DNA from: Octopus vulgaris
Lineage: Eukaryota
Direction: 5' to 3'
NCBI GenBank assembly: GCA_951406725.2
Contig: OX597830.1
Location: 23,436,001 to 23,500,000, forward strand
Length of the DNA: 64,000 nt
The first letter of the stretch is position 1; each line of letters opens with the position of its first letter. This document shows positions 1 to 14,647 of the stretch, piece after piece. The notes beneath the pieces were generated by a model that was not told the DNA's origin, made no database searches, and saw only the letters and a program-made list of their open reading frames with translations. Position numbers and translations under genes: made by a program.

Positions 1-583
1 AAGAATATACCCAGCTAAGAATATTTTGTGACTGTGCCGGAGAGTAATACAAAAAGCTATTACAACATGGTATTACTAGATTTTCTCACAGTTATCAGCT
101 GTTGAAAGAATTCTGAACGTTCATGCTGGCTTGAAATCTCACCTTTGTTCCCATAAGGACAGCTAAAACAGATAAAAGAATTCTTTGAAAATGGCTCTGG
201 AAAAAATGTATTTATGGTTTAATACGTGGACATCTTAAATTTTTCAACAAATCGATTCTGGCCGTGGAGAAGAATAATTCCAACGCAGCACATATCAAAC
301 TAGAAACACAAAATCTGTTTACAAATATAGAAGAAAGAAAAGGAAGCAAAACTGCGAATTTCTACCTCAAAACCTGAGAAAAAATTGAAATGGTAAATGC
401 ATTGAAGTGGGGAATAAAGAATTGAAAAGTTTAAAGCAAGATGTTTCTCGTACCTATAGAAAAAGAAGTTTGAAGAGGCGGAAAACTTTGTGCTGTTAAA
501 TTCTGGAGACATATTTTGGCCCAGTCATGAGCAGTCTGCAGTTAAGTTCTACAAAAAAGTATTGGAAAGCAAGTAATAAATAT

Positions 584-1402
584 CGGTTTCAAATTCTGAC
601 ACAAGGCCAGCAAATTCGGGGTAAGGGTAAGTCGATTTCATCGCCCCCAGCATTTGACTGGCACTTATTTTATCAATCCCGGAAGGATGAAAGTACGAAA
701 TGCCGCTAAACATTTTTCTCGGCGTACTAATAAATCTGCCAGCCCACCGCCTCCTTACGAGTAATAAATATTTATTTCTTTATTCTTCACAGGGAGCTAA
801 ACATAGAGGCTAAAGACGGGATTAAATCGATTACATCTACCCCAGTGTGTAACTGGTACGTATTTAATCGACCCCGAATGGATGAAAAGCAAAGTCGACC
901 TCGGCGGAATTTGGACTCAGAACGTAGCGACAGACGAAATACCTATTTCTTTACTACCCACAAGGGGCTAAACACAGAGAAGACAAACAAGGCCAGACAA
1001 ACGGATTATGTCGATTACATCGACCCCAGTGCGTAACTGGTACTTATTTAATCGACCCCGAAAGTATGAAAGGCAAAGTCGACCTCGGCGGAATTTGGAC
1101 TCAGAACGTAACAGCAGACGAAATACGGCTACGCATTTCGCCCGGCGTGCTAACGGTCCTGCTAGCTCGCCGCCTTACGAGCAATACATATTCTTTTCTA
1201 CTCTAGGCACACGGTCTGAAATTTTGGGGGAGGGGGCAGTCGATTAGATCGACTCCAGTACGCAACTGATACTTTATAAATCGACCCCGAAATGATGAAA
1301 CGTAAAGGCGACCTCGGCGGAATTTGAACTCAGAACATAAAGAAAGACGAAATACCCTAAGTATTTCGCCCGGCGTGCTAACGTTACTGCCAGCTCGCCG
1401 CC
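584..1402 (-). mobile_element. Three tandem tRNA-derived SINEs (family A): about 584-752, 772-1174 (internal dimer), 1193-1402
   Basis: Reverse complement of the head GGCGGCGAGCTGGCAGAA (A box), GAGTTCAAATTCC (B box) and core GTCGACTTTGCCTTTCATCCTTTCGGGGTCGAT, which recur more than 25 times in the window. Confidence 0.9.
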
Positions 1403-1606
1403 TTACGAATAATAAATATTGATCAGTTATTTGCTGAAGTTCTCATTCAAAAGAGCTTTTGGATTTCTGAGGCAGAAATTTATACAACAACAGAACTTTA
1501 TGAACTAAAAGTAGTAAACAGTTTTTTTTGTTCACTGCAAAGAAAAGCACCTGATACTTCTGCACCAACTGAACGAGTGTTCGTTGTAATAAATAATCTA
1601 TAGTTA

Positions 1607-1787
1607 GTTTCGTCTGCCGTTACATTCTGAGTTCAAATTCCGCCGAGGTCGACTTTGCCTTTCATCCTTTCGGGGTCGATAAATTAAGCGCCAGTTACGT
1701 ACTGGGGTCGATATAATCGACTTAATCTGTTTGTCTGTCCTTGTTTGTCCTCTCTATGTTTAGCCCCTTGTGGGCAATAAAGAAATA
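1607..1787 (+). mobile_element. 5'-truncated family A SINE with 11-bp TSD
   Basis: B box, core and tail present. AAATAATCTAT is duplicated at 1591-1601 and 1788-1798. Confidence 0.9.
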
Positions 1788-2382
1788 AAATAATCTATGG
1801 TCAGATGTTGAAGGGCAATATGGCGGAATGCAACGTTAGGCGCCTTCTGATGATTAATATAAACATTCCAATATGTTGCTCAGAATTTTTGATAAAATTA
1901 AAGATTACACTGACTATCTTACAAAACTAATTTTAAGTGAAAAATATGAAAGTGCTGATGATTCAATATCGTATTACTTTGCAATGGAAACATGGTTAGT
2001 TTAATACATTTTAAGTTTCTACTCCTCTGATAATATTTTACATTTATGTGTTGTCAAATAAAGAATGGCTGCTTTGTATATCTTCCGTTTCTGTTCCTCG
2101 TCTTTCTATGTCCTTCAGTCAGATTCTTAAGCTTCTGAATGATTAGAACAAAGCGTACGTTTTTTACCAGTTCACCAGCATCACTGCAGCGATTGCTAAG
2201 ATGCTAAGAACGACCTTTATATCAGAAGAAAAGGTACAATTACATTAATCATTTTGCAGTAAAAAAAAATCCTCAGACACTCTGGCTATTGGGGGGAGCA
2301 GACTCGCTCTTCATGAATACCACACGCCGCGCCCCTTCAGATCTTGCGCGCGCAAGGACACACACACACAGACACACACATT

Positions 2383-2765
2383 CTTTTACTTGTTTAAATC
2401 ATTTGACTGTAGCCATGCTGGAGCACCGGCTTGAAGAGCTTTTGTCGTACAATTCGACACCAGGACTTATTTTAAAGCCTAGCACTTATTCTGTCGGTCT
2501 CTTTGCGGAACCGCTAAATTACAGGGACGTAAACACAGTAACACCGGTTGTCAAGCGACGATGGGGGACAAACACATAAGCAAAAACACACAATAAATAC
2601 ATACATATATACACATATATATACAACGGACTTCTTTCCGTTTCCCTCTACCAAATCCACTCACGTTGCTTTAGTCGGCCCAACACTTGCCCTAGGTGCC
2701 ACGCAGTGGGACTGAATCCGGAACCATGTAGTTGGGAAACAAACTTCTTTCCACACAGCCCCGAC
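2383..2765 (-). mobile_element. Family B SINE (tRNA-like head, CORE-like CCTTGGGCAAG segment, internal microsatellite)
   Basis: Reverse complement of the element at 17300-17722 and 34474-34925. Confidence 0.85.
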
Positions 2766-2996
2766 TGGCATATATGCATAATATATATATATATTTGTAT
2801 GTATATATTTTGTGTATATATATAATGTATAATATCATCACTACAAGAACTGAAAACTGTTTTAGATGAAGAATAGACAAAAATTCCTTTGGAAACAATA
2901 CCAGATTTGTACGGGTCCATAGCTGTAATTCAAACTGTAATTACTGTCAAAGTCGGTCCTACCCCATATTAAAATAAATTTGCATGATATTTCAAG

Positions 2997-3024
2997 GTGT
3001 TTCCATTATTTTGTCCAACGATTG
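2997..3024. mobile_element. Isolated Tc1-like terminal inverted repeat end (second copy at about 24050-24078)
   Basis: GGTGTTTCCATTATTTTGTC is shared by both sites, and each end is followed by TA. Confidence 0.5.
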
Positions 3025-3094
3025 TATATATATGTATATACATGCACTATATTCGTACATACATATATTGTGTGCGTGTTTGTGTGTCTGTCTG

Positions 3095-3125
<31 letters not shown>

Positions 3126-3190
3126 AGATTACTAGATATATAAGACTTCTCCATCGTTGTCTCTCTCTTTCCACTTTTTTTTTTTACCAG

Positions 3191-3369
3191 AATTTCCAAC
3201 GTAAAAGAAACCCTCGTCAAACATTGGTGTAATAAACAAACATAGCTGACGGTGCTAGATTGGGCGTCTTCGAGCCCAGCAAACGGTGCCTGAAGAATTC
3301 ACGCTACTCAGGACGGTTGCTTGTCTCCTTATTCCGCCTACAAATATTTACAATCCAGCTCGAACGTAG
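3191..3369 (+). other. Candidate non-coding (5'UTR or lncRNA) exon
   Basis: Long pyrimidine tract ending TTTTACCAG at 3190 and donor AG|GTGAGA at 3370. Unique sequence, no ATG, stops in all three frames. Confidence 0.45.
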
Positions 3370-3559
3370 GTGAGACCTAAAAGTCTGTACAATAGCTCAT
3401 AGCACCAATACCATCACCCGTTTACCCCCACAGCCCCCATCCACTATTACCAACACTTCTCCAACCACACCCTCACCACCATCATCATAATCATCATCGG
3501 CTTATACTGGATACCGGCCTTGTTTTATTTTCCTTTTTTGTTCTTTACACTGTAACTCC

Positions 3560-5410
<1,851 letters not shown>

Positions 5411-6387
5411 TGTGCCGTTATGAACGTTTATTTGCGAGTGCAATCACATCGACATACCACAGCGTCTGTAACTGATATCTTCTCTCTTATGTAGGTTCGT
5501 TCGTGTCAGTACACACATATGCCTGTCATTGAGCATTAACGAACGCAGTACATGCGCACACTTACACGTACACACAACACAGCCCTTCACACACACACAC
5601 ACACACACACATAAACTGATATACGCACTTACATATATGAATGCATACGCAGATATTCGGTAAGTGAAAAACCAATTAGAGAAACGACGAAGCGAGCAAA
5701 TTCTATGCGAATGCTCTCTAGAAACAGACGTTTTTCTGCCGTCGTCTGCACTCTTCAAACCATTTCACTACATGCCGTCTCGAACTTCAGAGATGTAGAA
5801 CATAATTAATCCGATGTATATATATATAGCTTTCCCAATGATTTGCTCTTAACTTGATTGGAACAATGCCAATCTTTTGTTTAGGCTAGTTATAATTGGA
5901 CTGAATCTAATTGTAGTATACCACTGGTACACATAATACCAGTTCCGTGACAAATTTCAAATGAGGCATTCGTAACACCAGGCTAGTCACCTAACTGTAA
6001 TGATTTTCAACACTGGAATCATAAACGCAGTTATGTGTGAATATATTTATCTTCGTACAGTAATAAGTTGCGAAAATTTAAAACTTTAATGATCGGTTCA
6101 CTAAGCTACCAAAATATTCACAGGTTTGTTAGGCTGTCGAATTTTAACGGCAGTTTCTGTATAAAAAATTTTAATGGCGACAATACCATATCGCATCATT
6201 AAATGTCTAAATATATAATATTTAAATAAGTTGAATCTGATCCGGAATCCGAGGCAATGGTGATGGTCTATATTTGTAAGAATTGGTCAATATAAAGTTT
6301 GGAGTATTGTGAAATTCATTTGCCAAGAAGATTATCGAATATAGCATTGCGTGTGAGGAAATTGGGAAAATAAATAGACTAAATGCA

Positions 6388-6706
6388 CAGGCTTGGTTGT
6401 GTGGTTAAGAAGCTCGCTTTGTAATCGCGTGGTTTTGGGTTCAATCTCACTGGGCGGCAACTTGAGCAAGTATCTTCTACTATAGTCTCAGGCCGATCAA
6501 TGCCTTATGAGTGGATCTGGTTGACGGAAACTGTATGGAAGTTTACGGTCATATCACTTTGAAAACATCGGTTCTTAATATATCGACGCCGAAAGGATGA
6601 AAGGCAAAGTCGACTTCGGCGGAATTTGAACTCCGAACGTAACGGCAGATGAAATATCGCAAAGCATTTCGCCCGGCGTGCTAACGTTTCTGTCAGCTCG
6701 CCGCCT
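6388..6706. mobile_element. Partial family B SINE (+, 6388-6545) and partial family A SINE (-, about 6580-6706)
   Basis: Matches the family heads and cores seen elsewhere in the window. Confidence 0.8.
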
Positions 6707-7271
6707 TACAGAATAGTTCAACAGCAATGCCTGTGAATGAGGTTATTGCAACTACTGTTAGTTTCACCCCGGTTCGCGCCCGAAGCTTGTATGCTCGCCG
6801 CGGCACCACTCCTGCTCGACCGGGCATCGGAAAGTCGCTTCGTAGGTGATTGCATAACCTGAAATTTTAGGTCCAATAAGGCTTACACCCCTCCATCCAC
6901 CGCAGACCATCTCCACCCTACCGACATGACCCAGAGACAATGTGGGTCGCAGGTTCAGGAATGTGGGAATGCCAGGGTCTCAAGTACAAGTAAAAGATCC
7001 TCAAAGTGTTCAATACTATCCCCTGCATATCTGATTGTATATCTGAGTGACCTTCTCCTGGAGACATGCTTTAACAAAAACTAAGGGATACCTCACTCTC
7101 AGTAGTCTTCCAGCTCGCAAGACAACAACCCAGAATAACTTAGGGTCTGTGCTATCGCTAAACAGTCGTTGAACCTACACTAGGTCAATCCGTCCTCTTA
7201 AGAGATCTTGTATTTAGTCCGGCTGGACTAAAAACTAGCTCCTTCCATTTTAAGAAGACTCCAGATAATTA

Positions 7272-7478
7272 AAAGCAGAATAGAACATCCACACATCCAA
7301 AATTTACGTATACAATCTCTAAGTGGAACAATAAGCATTTTCAAGACTTTCTCAAGTTACAAATGTGATACTGCTTTTGTTATCAACATTCCAAAGATGG
7401 AGCTTTGTATCTGTGTTACAAATCAGCTCCTTCCTTATAGGAAGACTTCCAAATTATTAAATATGCAAGAGAATATAC
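7272..7478 (+). mobile_element. 3' end of the (CATA)-associated RLE-type LINE
   Basis: Translates as LRIQSLSGTISIFKTF...M*. The 3'UTR is similar to the reverse complement of 55262-55400 and is followed by TACATACATA. Confidence 0.65.
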
Positions 7479-7619
7479 ATACATATATATATACACATTC
7501 ACACATGCATACATAAACACATTCACACATACCTACATAATAATACGTTTCAGACATTGAACATACATAATACATACATGCATACATACATACGTATATG
7601 CACATGTGTATTCGTTATT

Positions 7620-7910
7620 AAGGCTGTTGATAAGATATTCTCATAACCTCTGTGAAATCTATATACTAGAGCAGACCAGACAAAACCAGACATAATAATC
7701 TGAGACGAAAAGAATGTGTGCGCTGTAGTGGATATAAATTGTCCTGCAGACTTCAACGTAACGTAAAAGATAAAAGAAGACAGCCATTTTCGCTGAACTA
7801 AGGAGAAATCAGCGGATAACTGCATCTGGATTATCGCTTTAGATATATACCTGGGATTACTCAAGTTCTTGGTTATGGAATTAACTGTCTTCGTTCCAGT
7901 CTTGAGAAGC
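7620..7910 (+). mobile_element. Degenerate restriction-like endonuclease (RLE) fragment of a non-LTR element
   Basis: Translates as TKPDIII*DEKNVCAVVDINCPADFNV (PD..D motif); preceded by CATA repeats. Confidence 0.6.
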
Positions 7911-8063
7911 TTCATTTTAGAAAAGACAAAAAAAAAAAAAAAAAGCAGAAAGGATACAGCTAATTAACAGTCTAAAATTACCAGGCCATTTATGGGGTTG
8001 AGAAAATATGTAAGACATTCTAGAGATTTAGCCTGTTTTGTGTGTGTGTGTGTGTGTGTGTGT

Positions 8064-8242
8064 GAAGGCGCTTGGTATAGTGGTTAGGAGGGTTTCACTC
8101 ACGATCGAGAGATCTTGTGTTCGATTATCACACCAGCTGCGCTTTGTGTTCTTGAGTAAAAACACCTCATTTCGCGTTGTTCCACTCCCCTCAGCTGTAA
8201 ATGGTTAACCCTGCGTCGGATTAGCCTTATATATCAGGGGAG
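8064..8242 (+). mobile_element. Family C tRNA-derived SINE (V-domain-like 3' part), degenerate
   Basis: Contains GAAGGCGC.TGGTATAGTGGTTAG, GTTCGATT, TTCTTGAGTAAAACAC and AACCCTGCG..GGA.TAGC. Confidence 0.7.
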
Positions 8243-8685
8243 GTAATGTTGCTCTGCGGCCATGCTGGGGCACATTCTCGAAAAAGGTTCAGTCAAATAA
8301 GTCGGCGCCAGTGCATGCGTTTTTTTTTAAAGCCTGGTACTTATTCTGTTGATCTCTTTCGCTGAACCGCTAAGTACAAAAAAAGTAAACAAACCAATGC
8401 TGATTCTCAGGTAGTGGAAAGAGAACAAACACCAACAGAAAGACATACATATACACACACACACGTGCACACACACACACACAAACACACACAAACACAC
8501 ACACAGCGATACACACAGATACACACACACACACTCACACATATACACATTCACACTCACTCACACACACATCCACACAGGAATCTTTCTATTTAAAATT
8601 ATTTTATCTCATTTATAAAAATGGATGTACATAAATATGTGTGTGTGTGTTTGTAGACACATATACATATAAAAATACATATATA

Positions 8686-8913
8686 TATTTCTTTATTACC
8701 CACAAGGGGCTAAACATAGAGGGGACAAACAAGGACAGACAAAGGGATTAAGTCGATTACATCGACCCCAGTGCGCAACTGGTACTTTATTTATCGACCC
8801 CGAAAGGATGAAAGGCAAAGTCGACCTCGGCGGAATTTGAACTCAGAACGTAACGACAGACGAAATACTGCTAAACATTTCGCCCGGCGCGCTAACGTTT
8901 CTGCCAGCTCGCC
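8686..8913 (-). mobile_element. Full family A SINE
   Basis: Head, B box, core and tail all present. Confidence 0.9.
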
Positions 8914-9069
8914 ACACACGCATACACACACACACACATACGGATGTGGGACTAAACGAAAGAAAGCGTCACTCTCAACAAGTTAAGTTGGAGTCACAGA
9001 TATTGACTCAGATCCACATTACTGAAAGTGTATGCTTAGGACGCAGCTCCCTTGTCATATATTAACGTG

Positions 9070-9420
9070 TATACAAGGTGCGTAAGATATTTGAGGACAG
9101 ATTTATATTTATAAAAAAAAAAACCCAGATATATTATAACAGACAGTTACTTTATCAAAAAATGCTATGAGGATAAAAATGAACCTTCTTTTCTATAATG
9201 TTGTTCAATAAAGCCACCTTTAGCTTCAACAGCTGCGTCTATATGAGATATAAAACATCTACATGCTCGAATCAAGTGGTCCTGGTTCATTCTGGACATT
9301 AATCTGACTGTGGCAGCTTTCAAAGAATCTTTGGTGTTGTGGGCTTCACATGTAATAGTTCAATGGATTGAGATCTGGGGAATTAGGAGGCCAAATGTTA
9401 GGTGTTATGTGTTCAGTCCT
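9070..9420 (-). mobile_element. Tc1/mariner transposase 3' fragment
   Basis: Minus strand reads HITPNIWPPNSPDLNPLNYYM, the canonical (W)PPNSPDLNP motif. Confidence 0.7.
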
Positions 9421-9641
9421 GGCAACCTACTGAAGAAGCAGTGCCAGATATAGGCTGAGATTATTTTATTCCACTCTGTATTTAAGTCTGCAGAAACCTT
9501 GCAGGGTCTAGATTTAAGGTAAAAGTTTTTATTTTCCAATCACTTTCGGAATTACAACTATTGGTGGTTTGGAGTTTTAACTGCTCTTTCTAGCGAGTCA
9601 GATATCCTATTCTTCGGGTATCTCTTTTGTGTTTGAACGTA

Positions 9642-9684
<43 letters not shown>

Positions 9685-9734
9685 ATGATAGATAGATATA
9701 TATTTACATACATACCCGCGCGCATATATATAGG

Positions 9735-9944
9735 TGTGTCTGTGTTTGTCCCCGCAACATCGCTTGACAACCGATGGTAGTGTATTTACGTCCCCGTAAA
9801 CTAGCGGTTCGGCAAAAGAAACCGATAGAATAAGTACTAGGCTTACAAAGAATAAGTCCGGGGGGGATGGGCGATTTGCTGACTAAATGCGGTGCTCCAG
9901 TATGGCCGCAGTCAAATTACTGAAACAAGTAAAAGAGTAAAAGA

Positions 9945-9946
<2 letters not shown>
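9735..9946 (+). mobile_element. 3' half of family B SINE
   Basis: GTCTGTGTTTGTCCC...GCTCCAG.ATGGCCGCAGTCAA...GAAACAAGTAAAAGAG. Confidence 0.85.
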
Positions 9947-10000
<54 letters not shown>

Positions 10001-10375
10001 TTGCTTAATATTTATATATTTGTGTATTCCTCTTTAGTAGAAGGCTTATCGATGCAATATTGAGTACGTATTTAAAGTGTGTTAATATTCTGCAAGTGTT
10101 GGCTTAATAAGTTATATCCTGTACAAGTTGACTAATTTACTAATTTAATATAGTTAGGATGCTTAAGCAAATTTGATTATAATGGTAAGATTTAGTTAAT
10201 CTATCGCGATATTTATGGAAGAGCATATGCGGCAGTATGAATATTTTACTATCCAGTGATAACGAAGATTTGCTATCTTTATCTTCCACTGAAATAACCT
10301 ACGGTTTGTCAAGCTGTGTGTGTGTGTGTCTGTGTGTCTGTTTTTCTCTCTCTCTTTCTCTGTCTTTCTCTTTCT

Positions 10376-10570
<195 letters not shown>

Positions 10571-10820
10571 TCGACGTATGTATATGTCCTCAGACGAACA
10601 GACAGCCAAACAGAAAGACAGACGGACAGACAGACAGACACATACACACACGCACGCACGCACGCACACATACACACACAACTTTGTATACACACACACT
10701 CACACACATGCACACACACAGATATATATATATATATATATAATATATATTACCCAAATCTAGTTTTCTCTAAAAAGCCTTCGAAACTTAAGTAACATGG
10801 GGCAGAATCAAACTATTTTA

Positions 10821-10882
<62 letters not shown>

Positions 10883-11963
10883 AGAACAAGCAGGAATGTA
10901 TTAGCTGAAAAGAACGAATAGCTCCAACAAAACCTGTGATAAAGAGAAAAAAATAAATCTCTTATGATAAAAGGCAGATTTTCTCTGCCTGTGACTATGT
11001 TTCTTTTTAATACAATTCTACAATATAGAATTTCTTCAATTGGAATTTACCTATGATTTTTCGAAGTAGATTCGATTGGGTCATGGCATATAAATTTTTT
11101 TCAATTTGACCCCCAATTAACCAAAAATTCGAGAAAACTAAATATTTTACGATTTGCCTCTCTCATGTCAACTGCTTCACTCCTTCTATTACCACACTTT
11201 CTCCTACTTTCTCTTTGCAAGTGTACCTTAAACCACTACTCAAAAAAAAAAAAAATACAGAGGAAACAGAAACAAATAAATACATAACGAACACACACAC
11301 ACACGTGTGCGTTTGTTATTAGTAAAAAAGGCGCCAAGCACAATTCACTTTCTCATTCGAACACATTTGCAAACACACACCAACAATTCACTGACATATG
11401 GTGAGTAGATGCTAGCCGCTCACATTATGAGTTACACTATTACACCAATTGTACTGGGACTGTTGTCTACTTCCCGTTAGTTTTTAGTGTCGAGGAAACA
11501 AAACTTTCTCGAGAAAGAGAAAAAAAACACTCCTAGATTTCACAAAGGACTTTAAGAAACGATAGGAAGTAAGTTCAGTTGAAGAAAAGAGACGGATTTA
11601 AGGAAATCAGACGGTCGAATTGCCATGATAACTCAACAGAAAAGGTAAATTGGTTTTTAATTTACTTTCTGTCGCTAAGTTTTCGTAGTATTAATTTGCG
11701 AGCGTACTTCGGTTGTCAATTGTTGAAATAAATAAATTGTAAGCTAAAAAGGTGTGTGTGTGTGTGTGTGTGTGCGTGTGCGTGTGTGTGTGTGTGTTTG
11801 TGTGTGTGCGTGACTGTGTGTGTGTGTGTAGGAAGTGAAGGATAAAAATATGGCAAGAAGTGGACAGATGTACATGTATACATACATACATCCATCCATA
11901 CATACATGTGTGTGTGTGTATGTGTGTGTGTGTGTATGTATGTGTATCAATGTGTGTGTGTTA

Positions 11964-12352
11964 TCTCTCTCTATATAAAGCTGAAATTGTGTGCGCCAGG
12001 TTTGGTAGCCTTCAACTAACACTATCTCCTCCGAGACCCTGCGGCGCAAGTTGACCAAAATTGAGAGTATGATAAAAGAAAGGTTGCTCTTCCTTCCGTA
12101 GAAGATAAAATTCAAATCGGACCATGTTAACACCAAAAATTATTTACATGAAAAAGGTGCTTTTTACTATGAAAATCCTTATTTTTTACGATTCTTTTCA
12201 CTGCAGTGTCGCCACTTTTCCGTGTATTTCAACCAGAAAAATGTTCACTTGAAGAGAATAACAAGCTATATAATGCAAAATTTTTACTTTTTAAAAAATT
12301 CCAATTCCAGCGGGTCGAAACAAACCCGAGCAACGCCGGGCGATACTGCTAG
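11964..12352 (+). mobile_element. Non-autonomous Helitron-like element
   Basis: Starts A|TC(TC)..TATATAAAG and ends with the GC hairpin CCCGAGCAACGCCGGG, then CTAG|T about 8 nt downstream. No TSD. Confidence 0.7.
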
Positions 12353-12391
12353 TTATTATTATAAAAGCAATACTAAATGCCCTGAAGCAAT

Positions 12392-13250
12392 ACCAGGCAT
12401 TGGTTCTCATGGCTTCTGATCCTAACGGATTGAAAGTGTTATCATGTATATGTTTTGTTTTGGTGTAAAAGATGATCTACAATAAATATTCTTCTCAATA
12501 TCACAGATTTGCTTGTCAGTTGTTTGACTGTAACCAGTTGAGCATGTCTCTTAGTGGCTGGCGATATGTGCATCTCTCATCACGTGCAGGAGTTGTTGGG
12601 AAGCATCATAGCCACGTGTCGAGAGGAATTCTTCGGGGTTTGAATATTTCACCTCTGGAAACATGGGTGTTTCGTTCAATATCCTTAAACAAACCTTATT
12701 CACGGACTTTTTGAGCAGGATTGGGCTACTCGACCACAAGAAAATTCTAACTAGGCCCCACCTGCAAGATGATGCGCTGTTTATCTAGATATGAGATCGA
12801 CATCTCGTGCACATATGGTTGTGATGCATGTGCCTGCTGCACCCTTATCAGACGGGTAGTCATGATGGGTATATTGTTGTTTGTTCCTTCTCGAGCCATC
12901 CCTGGCTTATAGGGTTGGATTCCCAGTTTCCTTGGCATATGGGTTAACCACCTGGACGGGACGCCGGTCCGTCGCAGGTGAGCTGCAAGATGCAGGAGGA
13001 ATGAGTAAGAGAAAATTGTGGAGAAAGAGTCAGCAGAAGTTTGCCATTACCTTCTGCTGGAGCCGCGTGGAGCTTAGGTGTTTTCTCTCATAAACACAGA
13101 CATCGCCCGGTCTGAGATTCGAGCCCGCGATCCCTGGACCGCGAGTCCGCTGCTCTAACCACTAGGCCATGTGCCTCTACGATGGGTATATTGGACTTCG
13201 TAGATTTCTACCCCAGTGTCACTTTAATTGTATGCGCTGCTCTCTCACTC
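12392..13250. mobile_element. Unclassified non-coding interspersed repeat (about 550 bp core) ending in (TAA)n; second copy at 47120-47645
   Basis: Colinear similarity to 47120-47645 over its whole length, apart from the nested SINE at 12877-13180. Confidence 0.85.
12877..13180 (-). mobile_element. tRNA-derived SINE with V-domain-like segment and 13-bp TSD
   Basis: Minus-strand head GGCACATGGCCTAGTGGTTAGAGC...GGCTCGAATC, then CCTGCGACGGACCGGCGTCCCGTCCAGG. TSD GATGGGTATATTG at 12864-12876 and 13181-13193; the empty site is seen at about 47576. Confidence 0.9.
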
Positions 13251-13261
13251 AATAATAATAT

Positions 13262-13867
13262 TAATTTCAAAATTTGGCACTAGGTCAGTAATTTCAGGTG
13301 AATAGGTCAGTCGATTACGTCAACTACAGTATTCAGCTGGTACTTATTTTATCGATCCCAGGAAGAAGAAAGGCTAAGTCGACTTTGACGAAATTTCAAC
13401 TCAGACCGTAAAGACTGAAGTTTTTGCCCGGCGTGCCAACGTTTCTTATTTCTTGATTGTCCACAAGGGTCTAAACATTGAGGGGACAAACAAGGACAGA
13501 CAAAGGGATTAAGTTGATGAGATCAACTCCCGTGTGTAACCGGTAGTTAATTTTTCGACCCCAAAAGGATGAAAAGCAAAGTCGACCTCGGCGGAATTTG
13601 AACTCAGAACGTAACGGAAGAGGAAATACCTATTTCTTTACCACCCACAAGGGGCTAAACACAGAGAGGACAAACAAGGACAGATAAACGGATTAAGTCG
13701 ATTATATCGACCCCAGTGCATAACTAGTACTTAATTTATCGACCCCCGAAAGGATGAAAGGCAAAGTCGACCTGGGTGGAATTTGAACTCAGAACGTAGC
13801 GGCAGACGAAATATGGCTACGCATTTCGCCCGGTGTGCTAACGTTTCTGCCAGCTCACCACTTTTAT

Positions 13868-13898
<31 letters not shown>

Positions 13899-14110
13899 AT
13901 ACTTTCTACTATAGGCACAAGGCCTGAAATTTTTGGGGAGGTTGCCAATCGATTAAATCGACACCAGTAAGCAACTGGTACTTAATTTATCTCCCCTCGA
14001 AAAGATGAAAAGCAAAATGGACCTCGGCGGAATTTGAACTTAGAACGCAGAACCGGACGAAATGCCGCAAAGGATATTGCCCCGCATGCTAACGATTCTG
14101 CCAGCTCACC
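13262..14110 (-). mobile_element. Cluster of family A SINE units (about 4 cores)
   Basis: Repeated GAAAGGCAAAGTCGACCTCGGCGGAATTTGAACTCAGAACG cores with different tails. Confidence 0.9.
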
Positions 14111-14189
14111 ATAATATATCCATATAATCACGCGCACACACACACACTCACAAATATACAATTATACTGCCACTTAAAATTAATAAGTA

Positions 14190-14496
<307 letters not shown>

Positions 14497-14564
14497 TCAA
14501 ATTACTCGTTAGCAAATGACGTTCGTGACGAAATCATTTTCTAGCAGCTGTAGTCGTTGTTATG

Positions 14565-14614
14565 GCTGTTGTTGTTGTTGTTGTTTTTTGCTGTTGCAGC
14601 ATTTTCCAAGTAAA

Positions 14615-14647
<33 letters not shown>

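Larger units (their letters stand above)
1..1960 (+). pseudogene. Degenerate hAT-superfamily transposase remnant, interrupted by four SINE insertions
   Basis: Manual translation gives KKLLQHGITRF..SAVERIL near 52-118. QVINI|DQLFAE reads across the SINE block 584-1420. The C-terminal dimerisation-like motif TSAPTERVFVVINNL|WSD reads across the SINE at 1607-1787. Stops and frameshifts throughout. Confidence 0.7.

Noticed and set aside
3281-3304. Partial resemblance to miR-263/183 (GAAGAATTCACG)
   Set aside because: The seed region does not match and no precursor hairpin is evident.
13100-13180. tRNA gene (also 28806-28875 and family A heads)
   Set aside because: A and B boxes are present, but they continue into SINE bodies with tails and TSDs, and there is no intact cloverleaf.
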